64,000 nt of DNA, taken from NCBI GenBank assembly GCA_963667175.2, contig CAXXXF010000015.1, forward strand, positions 672,001 to 736,000. Reading direction: 5' to 3'. The stretch is from Candidatus Latescibacterota bacterium (GTDB lineage Bacteria > Latescibacterota > UBA2968 > GCA-2709665). Under the pieces are notes generated by a model. The model saw only the letters and a program-made list of their open reading frames with translations. It made no database searches and was not told where the DNA came from. The position numbers and the translations under genes are program-made. Positions 1-10,673 of this stretch are shown here, piece after piece (position 1 is the stretch's first letter; each line of letters begins with the position of its first letter).

Positions 1-5
1 CGCAG

Positions 6-1112
6 ATGAAAAAGGCGGGCCGGGACACGACCGAAATCCAGAATGAAATGAAGGCGGTTTCCGGGAACATCAGGACGCTTGAGGCGGAACTGTCGGAATT
101 TGAACGCCGTATCCGATGCTTTCTGGAGGAACTGCCCAATGTTCCGGCAAACGACGTGCCCCCGGGAGGGAAGGAGAACAACGAGGTCGTTCGAACCTGG
201 GGTGATATGCCGGAACTGGCGGAAGGGGGCAAAGACCACGTCGAGCTTGTTACCTCGCTGGGGCTGATCGACTACGAGCGGGGCGTGAAAATGGGCGGCG
301 CCGGCTTCTGGCTCTACCGGGGCGACGGCGCCCGCCTGGAATGGGCGCTCCTGAACTACTTCGTCGAAGCGCACCTCCGCGACGGCTACGAATTTGTGCT
401 GCCGCCGCACCTGCTCACCTACGACTGCGGTTACACCGCCGGGCAGTTTCCCAAGTTTGCTGACGACGTGTTTCTTCTGAAGCGGGAAAGCGAAAAGGAG
501 TCGCGGTTCCTTTTGCCAACGTCCGAGACCGCCCTGATCAACTTCCATCGGGACGAAATCCTGCCCGAAGCGGACCTGCCCCGGAGATACTTCTCCTATA
601 CGCCCTGCTACCGGAGAGAGGCCGGCAGCTATCGGGCCCAGGAACGCGGCATGATTCGCGGACACCAGTTCAACAAGGTCGAGATTTTCCAGTTCACGCG
701 CCCGGAAGACTCCGATCGTGCCCTGGAAGAGCTGATTGCCAAGGCCGAAGGCCTGGTTCAGGGTCTGGAGTTGCACCACCGCGTTTCCATGCTGGCCGCC
801 CAGGATGCCAGCGCGGTGATGGCCAAGACCTACGACGTGGAGATCTGGATTCCGAGCATGGGAGAATACAAGGAGGTCAGTTCCGCATCCAACGCGAGCG
901 ACTACCAGGCCCGGCGCGGCCGTATCCGGTTCAAACGCGCCGAGACGGGGCGGAATGAATTCGTGCACACGCTCAACGCCTCAGGCCTGGCGACCAGCCG
1001 CCTGATTCCAGCCATTGTCGAGCAGACCCAGCGACCTGACGGCTCGGCAGTCATTCCGAGAGTCCTTCGCCCGTATATGGGCGGGCAGGAAGTCCTGGAA
1101 CCCGCGGCCTGA
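6..1112 (+). CDS. serS: Seryl-tRNA synthetase (probably 5'-truncated by window edge)
   Basis: Class II aaRS motifs: LPTSE, YTPCYRREAGS, RGHQFNKVE, EVSSASN..DYQARR, HTLNASGLATSR. Confidence 0.95.
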   Translation: MKKAGRDTTEIQNEMKAVSGNIRTLEAELSEFERRIRCFLEELPNVPANDVPPGGKENNEVVRTWGDMPELAEGGKDHVELVTSLGLIDYERGVKMGGAGFWLYRGDGARLEWALLNYFVEAHLRDGYEFVLPPHLLTYDCGYTAGQFPKFADDVFLLKRESEKESRFLLPTSETALINFHRDEILPEADLPRRYFSYTPCYRREAGSYRAQERGMIRGHQFNKVEIFQFTRPEDSDRALEELIAKAEGLVQGLELHHRVSMLAAQDASAVMAKTYDVEIWIPSMGEYKEVSSASNASDYQARRGRIRFKRAETGRNEFVHTLNASGLATSRLIPAIVEQTQRPDGSAVIPRVLRPYMGGQEVLEPAA

Positions 1113-1131
1113 AACGCAAATGCGCCGGGCG

Positions 1132-2526
1132 TTACAGGCCAAGAATGCGGTTTGCGGTCTGTATCGCCTGTCTGACGCAGTCGGGCACGGAGGAGCCCCG
1201 GTATGCGCTGCCGGTGAGATACAGGCCCGGTTGTTCCGACAGGTGCGATTCCAACTTCGCAACCCGGTCCAGGTGTCCCAAGTCGAACTGGGGCCTTCCC
1301 TTCCGCCAGCGGTGAATCCGGGAAAACAACGGCTTCGCGGTCAGGCCCATCACGCGAGCAAGATCTTCTCTGACGGCACGCACGAGCATTTCGTCGGACA
1401 TCTCAATCACGTCTTCCTGCGCGTCCCTGCCGACAAATCCCCTGAGCAACACCCCGTCGTCCGGCGCCCGGTGGTCCAGCTTGGACGACACCCAGGTGCA
1501 TCCCGTGATTCGGAGACCCTCCGATCGCGGAACCAGGAATCCGAATCCGTCGAGGTTATGCTGGTCGAGAACGTCGGCCTTCCGCCACGCCAGCGCCACG
1601 GTACCGGAGGAGACGTACCGGACCTGCCGCAGCCGAGCCGACAGCGATGGCGCGATCCCGTCCAGCAGACCGGCCGCTGCATACGCCGGCGCGGCCAGTA
1701 CCACGGCATCGGTTTGCAGAGAGTCCCCGCCAAGCGACACCTCAAATCCACGCTTGCGCCTCGCCAGGCCCGTTACCCGGCAGTTTGTGCGCAGGTCGCC
1801 GCGGAGCCGGTCCACAATCGACTCGACGAGTTCTCCGAGACCTCCGATCAGGGTCTGGAACATCGGTTGCGACGGTCCGCCGCCTCCTGAAGACGCATGG
1901 TGTTTCCGTACGGCCCGCACGGCCCTGACCAGGCTGCCGTATTTGCGCTCCATTTCAGCAAACTGGGGAAAGGTTGCCAGCAGGCTCAGCTTTTCCGGAT
2001 CCGCACCGTGGATGCCCGCAAGCATCGGCCCCCCGATCTTATCCAGGGCCTCCTGCCCCAGGCGCCGCCGGACAAACGACGCCAAGCTCTCGTCGTCCGC
2101 GGCTTTGCGGGGCGGGACAAAACGCTCCAGACCCATCCGCAGCTTGCCTCGAATGGAGAAGAGCGGGGAGCGGACGATCGGCAGGAACCGGGACGGTACC
2201 AGGGCGAAGTCTTCGGGAAACGGCGCCAATTCACCCGCCTGCACCAGGAAGGTCTTCCGCCGTTCCTCGTTCGGCGCAATCAGCCGGTCCTCGAGCCCCA
2301 GGTCCAGACAGAGCCCGACGCCCCACGGCTTTCGCGTCAAAAGCAAATCGGGTCCACCCTCTATGGTGAACCCGTTGATCCGCTCGGTCAGGATTTCCCC
2401 GCCCCATCGCCCCGAGGCCTCAACCAGCGTGTAATCGACCTCCTTGCCGTGGGCTTCGGCCTTTTCCTGGAGATAATAGGCCGTTGCCAGCCCGGCGATT
2501 CCTCCGCCAGCGATGGTCACATGCAT
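1132..2526 (-). CDS. hemY: Protoporphyrinogen/coproporphyrinogen oxidase, HemY family
   Basis: N-terminal FAD motif [22 protein letters not shown]-terminal [10 protein letters not shown]; clustered with hemE/hemH. Confidence 0.92.
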   Translation of the reverse strand: MHVTIAGGGIAGLATAYYLQEKAEAHGKEVDYTLVEASGRWGGEILTERINGFTIEGGPDLLLTRKPWGVGLCLDLGLEDRLIAPNEERRKTFLVQAGELAPFPEDFALVPSRFLPIVRSPLFSIRGKLRMGLERFVPPRKAADDESLASFVRRRLGQEALDKIGGPMLAGIHGADPEKLSLLATFPQFAEMERKYGSLVRAVRAVRKHHASSGGGGPSQPMFQTLIGGLGELVESIVDRLRGDLRTNCRVTGLARRKRGFEVSLGGDSLQTDAVVLAAPAYAAAGLLDGIAPSLSARLRQVRYVSSGTVALAWRKADVLDQHNLDGFGFLVPRSEGLRITGCTWVSSKLDHRAPDDGVLLRGFVGRDAQEDVIEMSDEMLVRAVREDLARVMGLTAKPLFSRIHRWRKGRPQFDLGHLDRVAKLESHLSEQPGLYLTGSAYRGSSVPDCVRQAIQTANRILGL

Positions 2527-2574
2527 TTCGGCACCTCAACACGGCGTCGGCACGCGGACCGGAGGCGTCCGGAT

Positions 2575-3513
2575 TCAGGGGCAGGACGTTTCAATCAGCT
2601 TCTCTTCGACAGCATCGGCCACGGCTTCGATGAACGTGGGATCGCTATTCATGGACGCAATGCGCCTCACGTCGATCCCCCTCGGTCTGGCGATCTCCTG
2701 AAGGCCGATATCGATATCGTACAGGATTTCCACGTGGTCGCATACGAATCCGATGGGCGCCACGAGCACCTTCCGGTATCCCTGTTCAGCAAGGTCCGGG
2801 ATCACGTCTTCGATCTGAGGGCCCAGCCACGGTTCTCCCGTATGAGCGGCGCTCTGATAGGAAAACATCCAGTCCACGTCTCCAAGGCGTTCCGCCACCG
2901 CGTTCGCATTTCCCATCAGTTCGTCGTCGTAGGGATCGCCCATCTTCAGCAGGCGCGCCGGGAGGCTGTGCGCCGTAAAAACGACCTTCACCGCATTCAG
3001 CCGCGACCCGGAGAACGACGCCAGTCCCGCGCGAACGTGTGCGACCTGAGCATCGAGCAACGCCGGTTGCCGCCACCAGGAATCCACGAACGAGAACCGT
3101 ATCCGGCTTCCCGCCGTTTTCGCGGACGCATCGACCGCCTCCCGGTACCGTCCGATGCTCAGGCGGGAGTAGTGCGGGGCCATGACAATGGCCACCCCCT
3201 CCTCCACGCCATCCTCGCTCATCCGGCGCACGGTGTCCCCAATCCAGGGCGACCAGTGCCGCATGCCCACGTAAACGCGCACGTCGTGCCCGCGGGCCCG
3301 CAACGTCCGTTCGGTGCAGGCCGCCTGTCCAAACGTGTTTTCGTCGAGCGGCGACCTGCCGCCGATCCGCGCGTACCGGCGCCTGAATTCGGCCACGAAT
3401 TCGCGGGACATCGGACGCCCGCCCCGGATATCGTTCAGGTACGCCTCCACGTCGTCCAGGGAATCCGGACTGCCGTACGCGAGCATCAGCACAGCATTTC
3501 TTGCCATGGTCAC
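2575..3513 (-). CDS. hemH: Ferrochelatase
   Basis: AYGSP, GGRSPL, FTAHSLP, GDPY, WLGP, GFVCDHVEILYDID motifs. Confidence 0.95.
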   Translation of the reverse strand: MTMARNAVLMLAYGSPDSLDDVEAYLNDIRGGRPMSREFVAEFRRRYARIGGRSPLDENTFGQAACTERTLRARGHDVRVYVGMRHWSPWIGDTVRRMSEDGVEEGVAIVMAPHYSRLSIGRYREAVDASAKTAGSRIRFSFVDSWWRQPALLDAQVAHVRAGLASFSGSRLNAVKVVFTAHSLPARLLKMGDPYDDELMGNANAVAERLGDVDWMFSYQSAAHTGEPWLGPQIEDVIPDLAEQGYRKVLVAPIGFVCDHVEILYDIDIGLQEIARPRGIDVRRIASMNSDPTFIEAVADAVEEKLIETSCP

Positions 3514-4545
3514 CTATCCATACGCGTGCACGAAGTCGACCAGCGCGGCCACGTGCTCGACCGGCGTGTGCTGCAGGATACCGTGGCCGAGGTTGAAGAT
3601 GTGTCCCGGCCGCCCCCGGACGCTGTCCAGGATCCGGGCGGCGCGCCGTTCGATCACGGGCGCCGGCGCAAAGAGCACCGTGGGATCCAGATTCCCCTGC
3701 ACGGCCACGCCCCCCCCCAACCGGTCCCATGCTTCGTCGAGTTCGATGCGCCAGTCCACCCCGATCACGTCGCCGCCCGCGCGCTTCAGGAGCGGCAGCA
3801 TACCGGATGTTCCCGTTCCGAAATGGATCACCGGCGCGTCGCACGTATCGGCGACCATCTGTATTGCCCGCCGCGTGTGCGGCAGAACGTATTCCGCGTA
3901 ATCCGCGGGGCTCAACGCGCCCGCCCAACTGTCGAACAGCTGCAGCGCCTGCGCCCCGGCCGCCGCCTGGGCCTGAAGATAGTCTCCGACGGCCGTAGAC
4001 ATCTTCTCCATCAGGCGCCGCCATGTCTCCGGCTGCTCGTACATGAGGCCCTTGGCAAGCCGGTAGTCGCGCGAAGCGCCGCCTTCCACCGCGTAACAAA
4101 CCAGCGTGAACGGCGCGCCGGAAAACCCGATCAGCGGAACCCTGTCGTCCAGTGCGCGGCGGACCTCGCGGATGGCCGCCGCGGCGAAGTCCATGGCGTC
4201 TGCCGCGGGACGAACGGTGAGGGCTTCCACGTCCGCGGCCGTCCGGACCGGGTTGTGGATCACGGGCCCCGCGCCCCCGATGTACTCCAGTTCCAGGCCC
4301 ATCGGCTCCAGGAGCGGCAGGATATCCTGGAAGATAATGGCCGCGTCCACGTTAAACGCATTCACGGGCTGCAACGTGATCTCGGTGGCGATCTCAGGCG
4401 TCTTCACCATCTCCAGAAAGGCGTGCCGCTCCTTCAAATTCCGGTATTCGCGCATATACCGGCCGGCCTGGCGCATCAGCCAGACGGGCGTCGCGTCCAC
4501 CGCCTCTCGGCGGCATGCTTTCAGGAAACGGTCGGCTCGGGACAT
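3514..4545 (-). CDS. hemE: Uroporphyrinogen decarboxylase
   Basis: [36 protein letters not shown]. Confidence 0.97.
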   Translation of the reverse strand: MSRADRFLKACRREAVDATPVWLMRQAGRYMREYRNLKERHAFLEMVKTPEIATEITLQPVNAFNVDAAIIFQDILPLLEPMGLELEYIGGAGPVIHNPVRTAADVEALTVRPAADAMDFAAAAIREVRRALDDRVPLIGFSGAPFTLVCYAVEGGASRDYRLAKGLMYEQPETWRRLMEKMSTAVGDYLQAQAAAGAQALQLFDSWAGALSPADYAEYVLPHTRRAIQMVADTCDAPVIHFGTGTSGMLPLLKRAGGDVIGVDWRIELDEAWDRLGGGVAVQGNLDPTVLFAPAPVIERRAARILDSVRGRPGHIFNLGHGILQHTPVEHVAALVDFVHAYG

Positions 4546-4639
4546 AGGCAGGGGATCGCGTCGGAAGCTAACAGGCGCAAAACCAGAAACTTGGGCGTCA
4601 GCCTGGCTATGCGACGGGTTTCATCATGATTCAAACAAA

Positions 4640-4667
4640 GCAGGGGCACGACGTTCCGTGCCCCTGC
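4640..4667. repeat. REP-like palindrome / probable terminator hairpin downstream of clpP
   Basis: gcaggggcacg-acgttc-cgtgcccctgc perfect inverted repeat. Confidence 0.6.
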
Positions 4668-4690
4668 CGAATCGCAAAATCAGCGCGCTG

Positions 4691-5329
4691 CTACGCTTCA
4701 AGTTCGTTGAAATGCGTGACCACTTTGCTGATCAGACCGTATTTGACCGCTTCCTGTGCGGACATCCAGTAGTCCCGGTCCGTATCTTCCACGACTTTGT
4801 CCAGCGGCTGGCCGGTCTCCTGGGCATACAGTTCGTTGATCCGCTCGCGAAGGATGAGAATCTGTTCCGCCGTGCGTTTGACGTCTTCCGCGGTGCCCAC
4901 CATCCGCATGGAGGGCTGATGGATCATGATTCGCGCGTTCGGCAGGGCGAACCGGTTCCCTTTTTCCGCGGCCAGCATGATCACCGTGGCCGCGCTGGCG
5001 GACAACCCCACGCTGACGATTCTCACCGGCGGGCGGATGAAGCGAATCAGGTCGTATATGGCGAAGCCGTCGTCCGCGCTGCCCCCCGGCGAGTTGATCA
5101 GAATCGTAATCGGTTTTTCCGGATCGTCGCTGTCCATCAGCAACAACTGGGCGATCACCCGCGTTGTCAACTTATGGTCGATCGGGTCGGATATCAGAAT
5201 GGTTCGCGCCTTGATCAGGCTCCTGACGACGAACTCGCCCTGACCCCCGGGCTGCGCTTCCTCCTCTTCTTCCTCTGCCGGATCTTCGTTCAATGGGTAC
5301 TCGTGCATCGCAACCCCTTCTTCCCACAA
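4691..5329 (-). CDS. clpP: ATP-dependent Clp protease proteolytic subunit
   Basis: INSPGGS, GLSASAA (catalytic Ser), IMIHQP, DTDRDYWMSAQEAVKYGLI. Confidence 0.93.
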   Translation of the reverse strand: MWEEGVAMHEYPLNEDPAEEEEEEAQPGGQGEFVVRSLIKARTILISDPIDHKLTTRVIAQLLLMDSDDPEKPITILINSPGGSADDGFAIYDLIRFIRPPVRIVSVGLSASAATVIMLAAEKGNRFALPNARIMIHQPSMRMVGTAEDVKRTAEQILILRERINELYAQETGQPLDKVVEDTDRDYWMSAQEAVKYGLISKVVTHFNELEA

Positions 5330-5471
5330 AAAACGCGTGATATGACGACCGGTTTGCCGGCTTTTGAAGCCCGCTCAATTTATCCTATAACCCCAGCATT
5401 GTCAAGGCCATTCCCCGGAATTGAACGCCTGCGCGAATGGAGCGGAAGAACGCGGGCGCTTCCACCGGAAC

Positions 5472-6731
5472 TCAGCCTCCCGCCATCGCCGCGCTGAGAA
5501 TCCGTGAGGTGCCGGGCCGCATGATGCGCGGGTCCACCGCCTCCCCCTTCAGCAGCATCTCCCGCACCTGTTTTCCTGAGATGAACACGGGCTGCTCGTC
5601 CGGATGGCTTTCCATCAGGTCCACCCGTCCCAGCGATTCGTAGAACGCGGCGAAGCCCACGTTCAGGGGGCGGATCTCCAGGTTGCCGTTCAGGCGATCG
5701 AACACCTCCTGCGCGTCGAAATCTCCCCAGATCGGGCTGCCGTCGTGATAGGGCGCGTCGGCGTGTTTGCGACCGATGATGATGTCGGTAAAGCCGAAGT
5801 TCTGGCGGTAGATCGCATGCATCACCGCCTCTTTCGGGCCAGCGTAGAACATCTTGATATCCAGCCCGATGAGAATCACCCGGTCGGGCACGGCCTCGCC
5901 CCTGGGCTCCCACAATCCGGCATCGCTGTCCCCCTCCCCCAGACCGCGGGACTCGATCAGCGCCTCGTAGGTCCGCATCCGGATTTCCGCGTTGACGTCG
6001 TCGGACTTGGTTTCTCCCACGAGGGGGTTCAGGCAGGCCCCGGCGTCGATCCCCTTCCGAATCAGGGTTTCCAGTCCGTGGACCAGGGCGTACTCGTGGG
6101 CCCGGTGCAGCGGGTTACGGGTCTGAAACGCGACCACCCGATCCCAGCCCGTTTCGGAGAGGCGCCTTCGGACCTCCGCGGGCGTGTGCATGTATTGACC
6201 GAACGCGGGATGCTTCGGTTGCGGCAATACCCTGATCGTTCCGCCCGCAAGGTGGGTCTTGTCCGCGTCTCCGTTCAGAACCATATCCGCGCCGGGATGG
6301 TCCTTTCGCTCGGTGAGGTAGACGCTTTTGAGATACGCGTGCTTGTCCCAGGGATACACGTCGCTGATCTCGAGAGTACCCGCAAGCTCGCCGTCCGGCC
6401 GCTCAAGGGCGGCCGTCTGCCCCACCTCCAGTTGTCCGGCCAGGTCGCTCGAAACCGGAAGCGCCAGCGGAATGGTCCACGCGTACAGCTTCCCGCGGGA
6501 ATCGATGACACATTCGTCAAGCACTCTGTGGTACGTCTCAGCGTCCATCGGACCGGTGAGCGGACTCAGCCCGCCGTCTCCGAATCGGTATACCGTGGAC
6601 AGATCTGCGTCGCTGACCGGAACGCGGGTCAGCTTCGCTGCATTCTCTCGAAACTCGTCCTGCCCGTCGTCCGGAACCATGCGGCAAACCGGCGCCGGCA
6701 GCCCACCATGCGGCGGTATCAAATCGGACAT
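5472..6731 (-). CDS. sat: Sulfate adenylyltransferase (ATP sulfurylase)
   Basis: [52 protein letters not shown]. Confidence 0.93.
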   Translation of the reverse strand: MSDLIPPHGGLPAPVCRMVPDDGQDEFRENAAKLTRVPVSDADLSTVYRFGDGGLSPLTGPMDAETYHRVLDECVIDSRGKLYAWTIPLALPVSSDLAGQLEVGQTAALERPDGELAGTLEISDVYPWDKHAYLKSVYLTERKDHPGADMVLNGDADKTHLAGGTIRVLPQPKHPAFGQYMHTPAEVRRRLSETGWDRVVAFQTRNPLHRAHEYALVHGLETLIRKGIDAGACLNPLVGETKSDDVNAEIRMRTYEALIESRGLGEGDSDAGLWEPRGEAVPDRVILIGLDIKMFYAGPKEAVMHAIYRQNFGFTDIIIGRKHADAPYHDGSPIWGDFDAQEVFDRLNGNLEIRPLNVGFAAFYESLGRVDLMESHPDEQPVFISGKQVREMLLKGEAVDPRIMRPGTSRILSAAMAGG

Positions 6732-6876
6732 AGGTGAGACATTCCTCCAAATCTTCCCAGCGCGGCTTCACCTTGCTCGGCCGCAACTGATCTCAATTGA
6801 CTACGATGGGCGCCTCTGAATCATCCGGGAAACGCATCCATCGCACGCGCTTAACCTCTCAAAAAGGCGGTGTGAA

Positions 6877-6936
6877 CGTGGGGCCTGCCTGCAGCGCAGT
6901 TCGCTGCGCAGGCAGGCGGACATTCCTGTCTGCACG
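6877..6936. repeat. REP-like element with nested cctgcctgc...gcaggcagg mini-palindrome
   Basis: gcctgcctgc (6883-6892) / gcaggcaggc (6908-6917) inverted repeat inside cgtgggg...ggacattcctgtctgcacg. Confidence 0.55.
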
Positions 6937-7057
6937 CGTCACACTGGCCGTGAGCCGAGAAAATGGACGACCTCTACGCGCCGTTTTGCAGCCATGCCCT
7001 TTGTGCCTTTTGTGCTTTTTGTGGCCGATTTTTCGGTTGTCTTTTTTCGAACTGCGG

Positions 7058-7537
7058 TTAGATGATCAACCAAACCGCCATAGACAGGATCTGAAAGATA
7101 AACAGGATGATGGCCCAGAAGCCAAAGAGTTGTCTATGGTAGAGGGCTCTCTGATTGCGTATCGAGTACTCCCCGATTCGTTTGATCATCGTTGTTTTGA
7201 ATTCCAGCGTACTCAAGGTTTCGGTCGTGTTCTCTATGAACTCCTTGTAGAGGCCGTAGGGCGTGAACATCTCAAGTCGAATGCCGACTCGTCCGTAAAT
7301 ACACAGGATGAGTCCGGCAATAAAGAACAGTCCTGTGAAATAGATCGGGTAAGCAATTAGGGATTTCTCGAATGTTTTCGCCAACAGGCCCACGGAAACG
7401 ATGGTGGAGCCGTATAACGGGAGAATCCGGTGAAATAACCTGTTTAGCGTATCCCTGCTTTCATAGTGACTGAAAAAGGTCTGCAGGGTCAAACCATACA
7501 GCAAATCTACATTAGATTGTTCTGAATTGTCGGACAT
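7058..7537 (-). CDS. Hypothetical small membrane protein (about 3 hydrophobic segments)
   Basis: ORF 7058..7573; probable ATG at 7537 preceded by AGGAG; lower GC than flanks. Confidence 0.6.
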   Translation of the reverse strand: MSDNSEQSNVDLLYGLTLQTFFSHYESRDTLNRLFHRILPLYGSTIVSVGLLAKTFEKSLIAYPIYFTGLFFIAGLILCIYGRVGIRLEMFTPYGLYKEFIENTTETLSTLEFKTTMIKRIGEYSIRNQRALYHRQLFGFWAIILFIFQILSMAVWLII

Positions 7538-7852
7538 CCGGGTTCTCCTTTCTCGACCTCTCTGATTCACCAAAACGAAATTTACTTGGATGGACGGGAT
7601 GAAAACCAGACAGGCGGAAGAATGCGTCCTGTTCCCGATGGTCGCCCCATGGGGCGCATGACGTCAGAAATTGCAACACCGATACACCCGCTCCAAATCT
7701 ACGGCTTCTTATATGACTTGCCAATAGGTAACTTAATCAGGGTTTCCTGGCGCGCCTCCGCTATGCTCAGCCCTGCCTGCGCCGTGTCCGGCACGGCAGG
7801 CAGGCGCAATCCAATACGCGCAAGTGAATGCGTGCGCCCGGCAAACGGTCAA

Positions 7853-7965
7853 ATCACTCCCCCCTTGAGGGGAGTCGTAGAAGCCGAGCCGGCGCCAGAG
7901 CCGGCGCCCTGAGCCTGTCGAAGGGTCGAAGGGCCGGCGACGGCTGATGCGGAGGGGGGATTTCA
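7853..7965. repeat. MITE-like palindromic element with nested ccctgagcctgtcgaaggg unit
   Basis: Starts ctccccccttgaggggagt, ends gcggagggggg; internal duplication gagccggcgcc x2 and gtcgaaggg x2. Confidence 0.45.
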
Positions 7966-8224
7966 ATGCCTTTCGTTAGCCGGGAGCATGAATAAAACAT
8001 GCACGCACTTTGCGTTGAAGTCTTACTGCAAGACTCTAAGCCCCCGCGCAGGGCAAAGAAAACCCCCTGAAAACAGGGGTGCGAGGGTTTCTCCGGCGAA
8101 CGAGCAGGCGGAGGTCGGATTGTACTCGGGCTACCGGTATGCATCGTGGCAATGCAATGTAGCTTGCGTCTCGAATCAGAAAGAGTTATATTTCGTCCAT
8201 AGATTTACCAATAGCGATAGAAAA

Positions 8225-8290
8225 GGTACCCCCCCGATGACAAGCGCCCAAGGGGCTCTCTCTGGCGACGGAGTAGTCGGGGGGGTCGTC
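8225..8290 (-). ncRNA. Candidate structured RNA directly downstream of a DUF3800 gene (DUF3800-associated motif-like)
   Basis: Minus strand gacccccccgac...tcgggggggtacc closing stem with internal hairpins, ~20 nt after the DUF3800 stop codon. Confidence 0.5.
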
Positions 8291-8308
8291 TGTTTGTGGC
8301 ATAGGTAT

Positions 8309-8740
8309 TCAATAATAATTCGTGGCTTGATTCCGAAAGATGTCACTCTCGCTGCGAACTGCACTTTGGATCCGATCGTAGTAGGTCGTGTCGCCTCTTT
8401 GCCATTTTCGGAATATCGCCCAGCAACCATAGTCCGCAATCTGCAGACCATAATGTGAGCGTGATTCGTGATGTAATATGCGGTACTTCATCTTTTTCGG
8501 TAGAAACTCAGCCAACGCAAGTTGAACGCCTTTTTCGACTGCTCGTCGCCTCTTGTTTACTGGAATTTTATCGGTAATGACGATGAACTCTTCAGCATCA
8601 GTCGCCAACTCCTTGGGCGGCACATCCGCCAGCAGGCGGCCCAGCATTTCCGGGTAGAATCGTCTGTCTTCCCAAAGCGTCGGCGCTGTTTTCCTCTTCT
8701 CGATGACCAGGCTATCTATGCGCATACCATTGTGATACAT
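8309..8740 (-). pseudogene. DUF3800-family protein, 5'-truncated
   Basis: C-terminal S..GLQIADYGCWAIFRKW motif present; N-terminal DES/DEG motif absent; the upstream part of the ORF is the antisense of the relB-like gene. Confidence 0.7.
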
Positions 8741-8756
8741 TTGAACAAAGAAGAGG

Positions 8757-9020
8757 GTGCGCATGGCAAAGACGGAATTCATCCGAGCCCGAATAGAACC
8801 TGAGTTGAAGACCCAGGCCGAAGAGATATTTTCGAAGCTCGGATTGTCCCCCACCGATGCGATCACGCTGTTCTATGTGCGGGTCACCCTCCACGGAGGC
8901 TTGCCCTTCGCGGTGAGGATTCCTAACAACGAGACCATTGAGGCAATGCGGCAGGCTGGTACACGGGAGGGCCTAATCGAATACGCCGACCTGGATGCGC
9001 TCAAGGCGGAGCATGGTTGA
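8757..9020 (+). CDS. RelB/DinJ family antitoxin (no adjacent toxin)
   Basis: IRARIEPELKTQAEEIFSKLGLSPTDAITLFY...GLPF.VRIPN.ETIEAM. Confidence 0.9.
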   Translation: MRMAKTEFIRARIEPELKTQAEEIFSKLGLSPTDAITLFYVRVTLHGGLPFAVRIPNNETIEAMRQAGTREGLIEYADLDALKAEHG

Positions 9021-9260
9021 TCCGGGTGCTTTCACCACAGATCGATTCGGTAAGGTTGCCAGCTCCTCTGCTACGCAGTGAATCTCAATCGTTGCGGTGT
9101 CGGAGGGCACGACTTTCAGACCAACAATATGAAGGCAAAGACAAACCCCCGAGAGCGGAATTTTCGGGGGTTCTATGTTGTGTGCGGCCGACAGTCTGAT
9201 GCGCCGACAAATTCCCGCCTGGTCAGAACGATGTAACGAGGTGGGGGTAGGATTTGCGAT

Positions 9261-10439
9261 CTACAATATAGCAGTTTCGACCGTAACGGTCGCAAGGGCC
9301 TCGTTTAGCAGTCGGGCCGCGGTTTCGATTTCTTCGGTCGTCGTGAATCGGCCAAAACTGAAGCGGATGGACGCCTCGCTTTGTGCGTCCGATACGCCGA
9401 GGGCCCGGAGCACGTGCGACGGCTCGGGGATGCCCGTTGTACATGCCGCGCCGGTGGATGCGGCGAGGCGAGGCTGAAGGACGCCAAGGACGTCCTGCGC
9501 ATCGTGGCCGTCAAAGCAGATGTTCGCGTTGCCAGGATGGCGCCTGTCGCCGATTGGTCCGTTGACCGTGATTGGACATTCTCCTTTTTCCAACAGACCA
9601 ATGAAAGTATCGCGCAGGCCAGCCACACGTTTCCGTTCCTCCTCGGCGTCGCCGCTCGCAATAATCTCGGCGGCGGCCCCAAAACCCACGCAGAGTGGCA
9701 TCGGGACCGTGCCCGAACGGAGGCCCTCCTGCTGTCCGCCGCCATAGACCATCGGCTCGACTGAGTCCTTTAGATCACGGCGAATGTACAGCGCCCCGAT
9801 ACCCTGTGGGCCGTACATCTTATGAGCCGAAAGGCTGATCAGGTCGGCATGTGCGGCGAGATCGCTGATATCCATCGCGCACGGCGCCTGCGCCGCGTCG
9901 CAATGAAATACAATGCCGTGCGGTTCGAGCAATTCGGCAATCCGCGGGACGTCCTGAATGGTCCCCACTTCATTGTTGACAGCCATCACCGATGTAAGGA
10001 GAACGCGGTCGTCGACGAGCTTCTCCAATGCATCGAATTCCACAAACCCGTCGCTGTCAACCGGAATGGTCTCAACGGAGATGCCATGATTCTCGGCAAT
10101 CGCCCTGGCGGCCGCGATAACACACTTGTGTTCGATTGCGCTGAACAGTACTCGGTCCCGGTCGTCACTCCCGCGGCGCGCAAGACCTAGAATCGCCAGG
10201 TTGTTTGCTTCCGTCGCCCCTGACGTGAAGATAACCTCATCTCCGTCTGCGCCAATCAGAGTCGCGACCCATTCTGCCGCCTCGCGAACCGCCTCGCCTG
10301 CTCTCCACCCCACAATGTGGTCGCTGGAGTGCGGGTTTCCGAACGATTGGCTCCAATACGGGGCCATCTTGTCCAATACCCGTGCATCAACGGGTGTAGT
10401 CGCCTGATAATCGGCGTAGATGGTGTCAGGATGGTTCAT
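9261..10439 (-). CDS. sspA: Cysteine desulfurase, IscS/SspA/DndA-like (copy 1)
   Basis: DYQATTP, GNPHS, FTSGATEANN, NNEVGTIQ, HCDAAQ, SAHKMYGP, STGAAC; divergent from the sspBCD-like genes. Confidence 0.85.
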   Translation of the reverse strand: MNHPDTIYADYQATTPVDARVLDKMAPYWSQSFGNPHSSDHIVGWRAGEAVREAAEWVATLIGADGDEVIFTSGATEANNLAILGLARRGSDDRDRVLFSAIEHKCVIAAARAIAENHGISVETIPVDSDGFVEFDALEKLVDDRVLLTSVMAVNNEVGTIQDVPRIAELLEPHGIVFHCDAAQAPCAMDISDLAAHADLISLSAHKMYGPQGIGALYIRRDLKDSVEPMVYGGGQQEGLRSGTVPMPLCVGFGAAAEIIASGDAEEERKRVAGLRDTFIGLLEKGECPITVNGPIGDRRHPGNANICFDGHDAQDVLGVLQPRLAASTGAACTTGIPEPSHVLRALGVSDAQSEASIRFSFGRFTTTEEIETAARLLNEALATVTVETAIL

Positions 10440-10612
10440 TGTTTGCTCATCATGTTCTATCTGCAGAAATTACACAATGACTGTCATTGGCGCACGTACA
10501 CTCCCAAGCAATTTTTTATAATAAAAACAAATAGTTATACTAGGGAATGAGGACTATTGGTTAGGCTCTTAATCGAAGAATCCCTGAGAGAAAATCTGAA
10601 ACTCTTTTGCAA

Positions 10613-10644
10613 TTGACAATACTTCGTTTTGTTACTATTGTCAA
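10613..10644. promoter_or_regulatory. Palindromic promoter/operator between sspA and sspB
   Basis: ttgacaata-N14-tattgtcaa inverted repeat; each arm contains a TTGACA -35 hexamer. Confidence 0.5.
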
Positions 10645-10673
10645 GCTGGACGTTCCATCCAGTGGGAGCTATT

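Noticed and set aside
1897-4629. 910-aa plus-strand ORF and other long antisense ORFs (24084..26069, 52478..53932, 60072..61694, 63017..63967)
   Set aside because: Shadow ORFs opposite well-supported genes in GC-rich DNA; no recognisable motifs.
5472-6731. sat as sulfur supplier for the neighbouring PT system
   Set aside because: Host-like GC, outside the island boundary, and PT sulfur comes from cysteine via the desulfurase; proximity is probably coincidental.
8741-8866. N-terminal part of ORF 8309..8866 as genuine DUF3800 sequence
   Set aside because: It mostly overlaps the relB-like gene in antisense and lacks the family's N-terminal acidic motif.
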